Of a stretch of DNA of 64,000 bases, positions 59,270 to 64,000 are shown in pieces. The notes beneath the pieces were generated by a model. It was not told the DNA's origin and ran no database searches. It saw nothing but the letters and a program-made list of their open reading frames with translations. Position 1 is the first letter of the stretch, and the number at the start of each line of letters is the position of its first letter. The stretch lies in contig DAOOVT010000001.1 of assembly GCA_035370405.1 (NCBI GenBank), positions 485 to 64,484 on the forward strand, written 5' to 3'. The stretch is from Candidatus Dojkabacteria bacterium (GTDB taxonomy: Bacteria > Patescibacteriota > Dojkabacteria > SC72). The translations under genes and the position numbers were made by a program.

Positions 59270-60238
59270 ATGCGATTCTTAATTATTGAAAAAAGACAAA
59301 GGATCAATAATAACAGATTCAAAACAGATATACCAACAGGCTCTGAGAGACTAATAGAGGAACTGAAAAAAAGAAATATAGAATATGATTTCATATACAA
59401 TGATCAGCTAGAATTCATCTTTAAACCATATACTATGAATATCCTTGCAAATGGGAAAGATATTCTGGAATACTCCCATATACTATTCAGAGGACACGCC
59501 CTTCACAATGACAAAGAATACCATTTCAAACGATATATCATAGATTATGTTGACAATTACAATAAAAAAAATACAAATAACAAAATTCTTGTACAAAATG
59601 CAGATGCAATAAAAAAACTCCCATACTATAACAAGATAGCAATGGCACAACTATGCTATGAAAATAATCTCCCCTACTTCACCACATATTATAGACCAGA
59701 TGGAAATTACTCCAATTCACAAAGAAGCATTCTAAATGAATATCCTTTAGTTATAAAGGAATACACAGGAGAGAATAGAATAGAATTAATTGATGGAGTT
59801 GAAAAAATCAAAAAGAATGTCTTCAAGCTTAACAATTTAGATGATTATTCACAACAAGGACTTAAAGATCAAAACCTAGCTAATTTCTTCATTCAAGAAT
59901 TTTCCAATGCAGGAGAAGACTACAGGATATTTGTAAAACTTGGAAAAGTTGTCGCTGGATGGAAAAGAAAAAGCACCAAGAATTTTATAACTGTAAATCA
60001 AGGAGAATATGAAATATACAATGAACCCAATGAAGAAATAAAGACTATTGCAGAAAGAATGAGCAATGTCTTAAACGCTGATTTTGTAGCAGTCGACTTT
60101 ATGTATATAGGAGACAAACCATATATACAAGAGCTTTCCCTACACCCTGGATACAAAGCTTACGAAACAAAAGCAAAGGGAACTCCCATAAATATTGCAG
60201 AACAAATAATATCGGCTTTTAAAGTCCCACCTTTCTAA
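59270..60238 (+). CDS. Divergent RimK-like ATP-grasp protein
   Basis: NKIAMAQ, PLVIK, FIQEF, DYRIFV, AVDFM and QELSLHPG. Confidence 0.75.
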   Translation: MRFLIIEKRQRINNNRFKTDIPTGSERLIEELKKRNIEYDFIYNDQLEFIFKPYTMNILANGKDILEYSHILFRGHALHNDKEYHFKRYIIDYVDNYNKKNTNNKILVQNADAIKKLPYYNKIAMAQLCYENNLPYFTTYYRPDGNYSNSQRSILNEYPLVIKEYTGENRIELIDGVEKIKKNVFKLNNLDDYSQQGLKDQNLANFFIQEFSNAGEDYRIFVKLGKVVAGWKRKSTKNFITVNQGEYEIYNEPNEEIKTIAERMSNVLNADFVAVDFMYIGDKPYIQELSLHPGYKAYETKAKGTPINIAEQIISAFKVPPF

Positions 60239-61379
60239 ACATACTAAGCCACTGATCTTTTGTAGGAACATTAGATGCTCTTGGAATTAAACCATCTTCT
60301 ACCCATTCACACTGTTTAATAGAAATTTTCCCAGAATAAAGACTATTGTACAATGATGGATTCTTTGCAATACTAGAAGATACTTTTCTAAAACCTCTAA
60401 AATACACTATATCTTTTACATATATTCCAGCTTTTGATGTATCAGAAAGCCCTCTTTTCACCCTATACGCAACATTAAACGCTGACTGCTTCGGAAATAT
60501 TCCATGTAAACAGTTATACAATTCTCTAAACGAAAGATTCCCTCCTACATATATCGCATATGTTAAAGCAACCTTCCTTTTTAAACTACTTTCAGTCAAA
60601 ACATTTACATTACTTTCATTCCACGTAGCAAGTCCCTCTTCTGCATCTAAATAGGCTGGTAAATTTGAGTTACCTAGAGCAGGAAACCCAGTATTTAGAC
60701 CATTAACAGTTCTCAAAACATGTGTTCCGACCTCATGAATTAATGTTTTCTTTAACATAAGAGCATCTCTCTTTATTCCTTCATCAACAAAAATCTCTTT
60801 GCTCTTTATCCCTACTCTAACAGAATTCTTTCGAATATTTGATGATTTTTCTACTTTCCAACCATTCAAATTCAACATCGTAAATATATTTTGAAAAATT
60901 CCCAATATCTCATCATACTCATACAATCTTCTATCCTTTGATTTATCTACCTTTACAAGATTGTAACTTTTGGTATTACCTCTAAGTACTCTACATGAAT
61001 TTCTAAATAGCTTCCCGCTTGGAAATCCGAATCTTTCAATGGAGATATCTGTAATAGCTTCATTATTCCCAACTGAGTTAATAAGATCATTAGCTTGTTT
61101 CTTAGATGATATTAATGATATGTAAAAATCAGAAATTCTTGGATCTACATCTATTATTTCCTCTACAGACAGAAGTTTTCTGAAAATTTCATCATTCCTG
61201 TTTCGAACGGTTTTGTATTTAAAAACAGGATTATATGTATCAGATTCAAAAAATTTCTCTTCCTCCTCTTCCAAATTAATAGGAGTAAGTACAAATGAAG
61301 TAGGAATTCTCAATTGACCAAGAAGTACAGATACTTCATCTAGTTTCATTTGTTTTATACTTTTATTCAATATTTTCAT
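60219..61379 (-). CDS. DUF1704 / MATCAP-like metallocarboxypeptidase
   Basis: HEVGTH (HExxxH), EEGLA, RVKRG, KDIVYFRG and LYSGKI. Confidence 0.85.
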   Translation of the reverse strand: MKILNKSIKQMKLDEVSVLLGQLRIPTSFVLTPINLEEEEEKFFESDTYNPVFKYKTVRNRNDEIFRKLLSVEEIIDVDPRISDFYISLISSKKQANDLINSVGNNEAITDISIERFGFPSGKLFRNSCRVLRGNTKSYNLVKVDKSKDRRLYEYDEILGIFQNIFTMLNLNGWKVEKSSNIRKNSVRVGIKSKEIFVDEGIKRDALMLKKTLIHEVGTHVLRTVNGLNTGFPALGNSNLPAYLDAEEGLATWNESNVNVLTESSLKRKVALTYAIYVGGNLSFRELYNCLHGIFPKQSAFNVAYRVKRGLSDTSKAGIYVKDIVYFRGFRKVSSSIAKNPSLYNSLYSGKISIKQCEWVEDGLIPRASNVPTKDQWLSMFRKVGL

Positions 61380-61395
61380 ATACTATAACTAAACA

Positions 61396-62415
61396 TTATT
61401 TCCTAAAATCACGATTAAAAGTAAATGTTCTTTCTCCTCTGGCTATTAATTCTAAAGCTATCCCTGTTCCCTTTACAACGCAATATATAGGCTCATCAGC
61501 TACATGTGAAGGAACACCTGTTGCTCTGGAAAATAACTTATCTAAATTTCTCAACTCTGATGTTCCGCCACTCATAACCATTCCCCTATCTATTATATCG
61601 GCTGAAAGTTCTGGAGGAGTTTTTTCCAATACATTTCTAATACTTCTAATAATTGATTTAAGTGGAAAATCTATTGCTTTTGCAACATCATTTGAATCAA
61701 CAATTATCGATTTTGGCATACCGGCCCCAACATCTCTTCCTCTCACCTCCATCTGTGCAGGATCTCTAACTTCAACAGCAGACCCTATTTTTATTTTAAT
61801 ATTCTCAGCTGTCTGCTCACCGATCATAATCCCTTTCTTCTTCCTCATATATGAAATTATTGCTTCGTTCAAAGAATCCCCTGCAACACGCAATGACTCA
61901 TACTCAACTATTCCATCAAGTGACATAACTGCAATTTCTGTAGTTCCTCCACCCATATTCACAATCATATTTCCAGAAGATGTATGTATCGGAAGTTGAG
62001 CTCCTAATGCAGCAAGAAGTGGTTCGGGTAGTAATGTTATACTTTTCGCTCCAACAGAGTTTGCCGCTTTTAATACAGCTCTCTCCTCAACAGAAGTAAT
62101 TCCTGCAGGTACACTTATAACCACATCAGGCTTAAAAAATCTAGACTTTCCTAGTGCTTTATCAAAAAAATATCTCAACAAAGCCTCTGTAACCCTAGAA
62201 TCTGCTATTACTCCACTTCTTAGTGGCCTTTTAGCAATAATATTCTCAGGGGTCTTTCCAATCATTTCTTTTGCCTCCTTTCCAACTGCTATTACTGTGT
62301 ATGTATTTACATCAATAGCTACAACAGTAGGTTCAGAGAGCACAATCCCCTCTCCCTGTACAAAAACCACAGAGTTCGCAGTTCCTAAATCTAACCCTAA
62401 CTTCTTTCCAAGCAT
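61396..62415 (-). CDS. mreB: Second MreB/Mbl-like actin homologue
   Basis: LDLGTAN, EPTVVA, RPLRSGVI, NMGGGTTE and TPPELSADI. Confidence 0.93.
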   Translation of the reverse strand: MLGKKLGLDLGTANSVVFVQGEGIVLSEPTVVAIDVNTYTVIAVGKEAKEMIGKTPENIIAKRPLRSGVIADSRVTEALLRYFFDKALGKSRFFKPDVVISVPAGITSVEERAVLKAANSVGAKSITLLPEPLLAALGAQLPIHTSSGNMIVNMGGGTTEIAVMSLDGIVEYESLRVAGDSLNEAIISYMRKKKGIMIGEQTAENIKIKIGSAVEVRDPAQMEVRGRDVGAGMPKSIIVDSNDVAKAIDFPLKSIIRSIRNVLEKTPPELSADIIDRGMVMSGGTSELRNLDKLFSRATGVPSHVADEPIYCVVKGTGIALELIARGERTFTFNRDFRK

Positions 62416-62445
62416 TTCAGAAAAAACTACAAGTTATTTATTATC

Positions 62446-63459
62446 CTATTCAAAATTCAAAAGCATTGCTTCCTTCATTGCATCAGCAGTCTCTCTAGCA
62501 ATCTTGGAAACTTTAAGACTACTTTCTAAAGCACTATCCAGCAATTCTTGCTTTTTCTTCTCAGCTTCAATTCTTCTCTCCCTTATGGGACTTAATTTTT
62601 GATTCATTACTTCAAACAATCTTTGCTTAACCTCTATGTCTTTAATATTTCCCTCTCTATACCTCCTTTTCATCTCTTCCACTTCATCTTTATCATCATT
62701 AAAAAAGTCATGATACATGAATGCTACATTACCTTCTACTCTACCTGGATCACTTGCATGCACTCTATTTGGGTCCGTGTACACCTTAAAAACCTTTTCC
62801 TTAAGTTCCTCTTCACTATCAGACAAATAGATGCAATTACCAAGACTTTTTCCCATCTTTTCTGCACCATCAATTCCGGGAACATTCACAGATGTCCCTA
62901 GCAATGCTTCTGGGAGATTCAAAACATCTTTCCCATAGGCTGAATTAAACTTCCTAGCTATCTCCCTTGCATCCTCTATCATTGGAAGTTGGTCTTTTCC
63001 AACAGGAACTAAATCAGCATTTACACTTAATATATCAGCAGCTTGATGAACAGGATACAGAAAGAAACCAAGTGGAGTTGAATCAGAAAACCCCTTTTGT
63101 AAAAGTTCTGTTTTAATCGTTGGATTATGTTTAACCTTCTGTACCGTGGTAAAATTTGACAAATATATGAATATCTCATCTATTTGCGGTACTTCACTCT
63201 GAATAAAGACAGAAGTCTTCTCAAAATCTATACCACACGCATAATAATCACACAAAAGTTCATATACGCTCTCCCTTATCTTTTCTGGATTATTTGCATT
63301 GTCTGTAAAAGCTTGAATATTAGCAATTTCTACAAATGTCTCATACTCATCTTGCAACTTAACTCTGTTCTGTATAGAACCAATAAAATGACCAATGTGC
63401 AATTTACCAGTTGGTCTATCTCCTGTCAATATTCTTTTCCTCTTCTGAATTTCTTTCAT
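62446..63459 (-). CDS. trpS: Tryptophan--tRNA ligase
   Basis: TGDRPTGKLHIGH, YPVHQAADI, VPVGKDQ and KMGKS. Confidence 0.97.
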   Translation of the reverse strand: MKEIQKRKRILTGDRPTGKLHIGHFIGSIQNRVKLQDEYETFVEIANIQAFTDNANNPEKIRESVYELLCDYYACGIDFEKTSVFIQSEVPQIDEIFIYLSNFTTVQKVKHNPTIKTELLQKGFSDSTPLGFFLYPVHQAADILSVNADLVPVGKDQLPMIEDAREIARKFNSAYGKDVLNLPEALLGTSVNVPGIDGAEKMGKSLGNCIYLSDSEEELKEKVFKVYTDPNRVHASDPGRVEGNVAFMYHDFFNDDKDEVEEMKRRYREGNIKDIEVKQRLFEVMNQKLSPIRERRIEAEKKKQELLDSALESSLKVSKIARETADAMKEAMLLNFE

Positions 63460-63508
63460 AGCTAAGTATTTTAACAACTAATCGATGATTATGCTATACT
63501 TTCCACAA

Positions 63509-64000
63509 ATGAAGGAAGTCATCAGAAAAAATCTAGCTATAGTCATGAGAATCTCTATGATAGTTTGTGTTGTACTACTTACCGTGTTTATCTACTACTA
63601 CTCGAAGGGCTATAGGATAAATATACACAATCAGGAAATTACAAAGACAGGGATATTAAACGTAAAGGCAGATCCATTCTGGTCTGACATATATGTTGAT
63701 GGAGAAAATATAGGAAAATCACCTAAGAGCAAGACATTAAGTATAGGCGTACACAATGTTGAGATAAAGAAGGAAGGATACAAAACATGGACCAAACAAG
63801 TAGAGATATTTGATGAAAGATCAACAATAATAGTCCCATGGCTCCTTCTTCAGAAGCCAGAAAAAACAATAAGCTGGGATTCCCAAGGTATTTTTCAAAA
63901 ATCATGGATAGATAAATCTTCTCAAGTTGCCCTTGTTTTGATAAAAGATTCTAATACTACATCTTCACTATGGGCATATAGGACTACGGTTCCATTTTTA
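63509..64000 (+). CDS. PEGA domain protein (3' end runs off the window)
   Basis: Translated by hand: MKEVIRK, a TM helix, then GYRI..KTGILNV..IYVDG..IGKSP..GVHNVEIKKEGYKTW. Confidence 0.8.
   Translation, partial: MKEVIRKNLAIVMRISMIVCVVLLTVFIYYYSKGYRINIHNQEITKTGILNVKADPFWSDIYVDGENIGKSPKSKTLSIGVHNVEIKKEGYKTWTKQVEIFDERSTIIVPWLLLQKPEKTISWDSQGIFQKSWIDKSSQVALVLIKDSNTTSSLWAYRTTVPFL

Noticed and set aside
1-64000. Alternative genetic code 25 (UGA=Gly)
   Set aside because: Conserved genes translate full length in code 11 without internal UGA breaks.

Overview
AT-rich (roughly one-third GC by eye), gene-dense bacterial chromosome segment in genetic code 11. The gene content points to Patescibacteria/CPR, plausibly Dojkabacteria (inference): a VirB4/VirD4-like ATPase, a PEGA protein, an archaeal-type AMP phosphorylase plus ribose-1,5-bisphosphate isomerase, rpsB-tsf-frr without pyrH, and few Shine-Dalgarno motifs. 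Most of the window is housekeeping: ruvC, yebC, ychF, cca, rnhC, cysS, recR, dnaX, mfd, pth, ybeY, topA, mreBCD-mrdA, rpmG-secE-nusG-rplKAJL, trpS, six tRNAs, a 6S RNA candidate and an L10 leader. The best leads are: (1) a five-gene operon at 54.4-60.2 kb with a 7TM protein and four different ATP-grasp ligases, facing a DUF1704/MATCAP-like metallocarboxypeptidase, which may be a peptide write/erase system; (2) a four-gene secreted WxL/pilin-like cluster with DUF916-like partners at 21.9-26.3 kb; (3) ribosomal protein S2 fused to an RNAP alpha-CTD-like HhH domain, next to an EF-Ts with a duplicated N-terminal domain; (4) three 20-bp palindromes in the mfd intergenic region; (5) a self-contained small ORF unit with 5'-3' complementary flanks between rplA and rplJ. 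No CRISPR array, transposase, integrase or rRNA was seen. All calls come from reading motifs; no searches were run.
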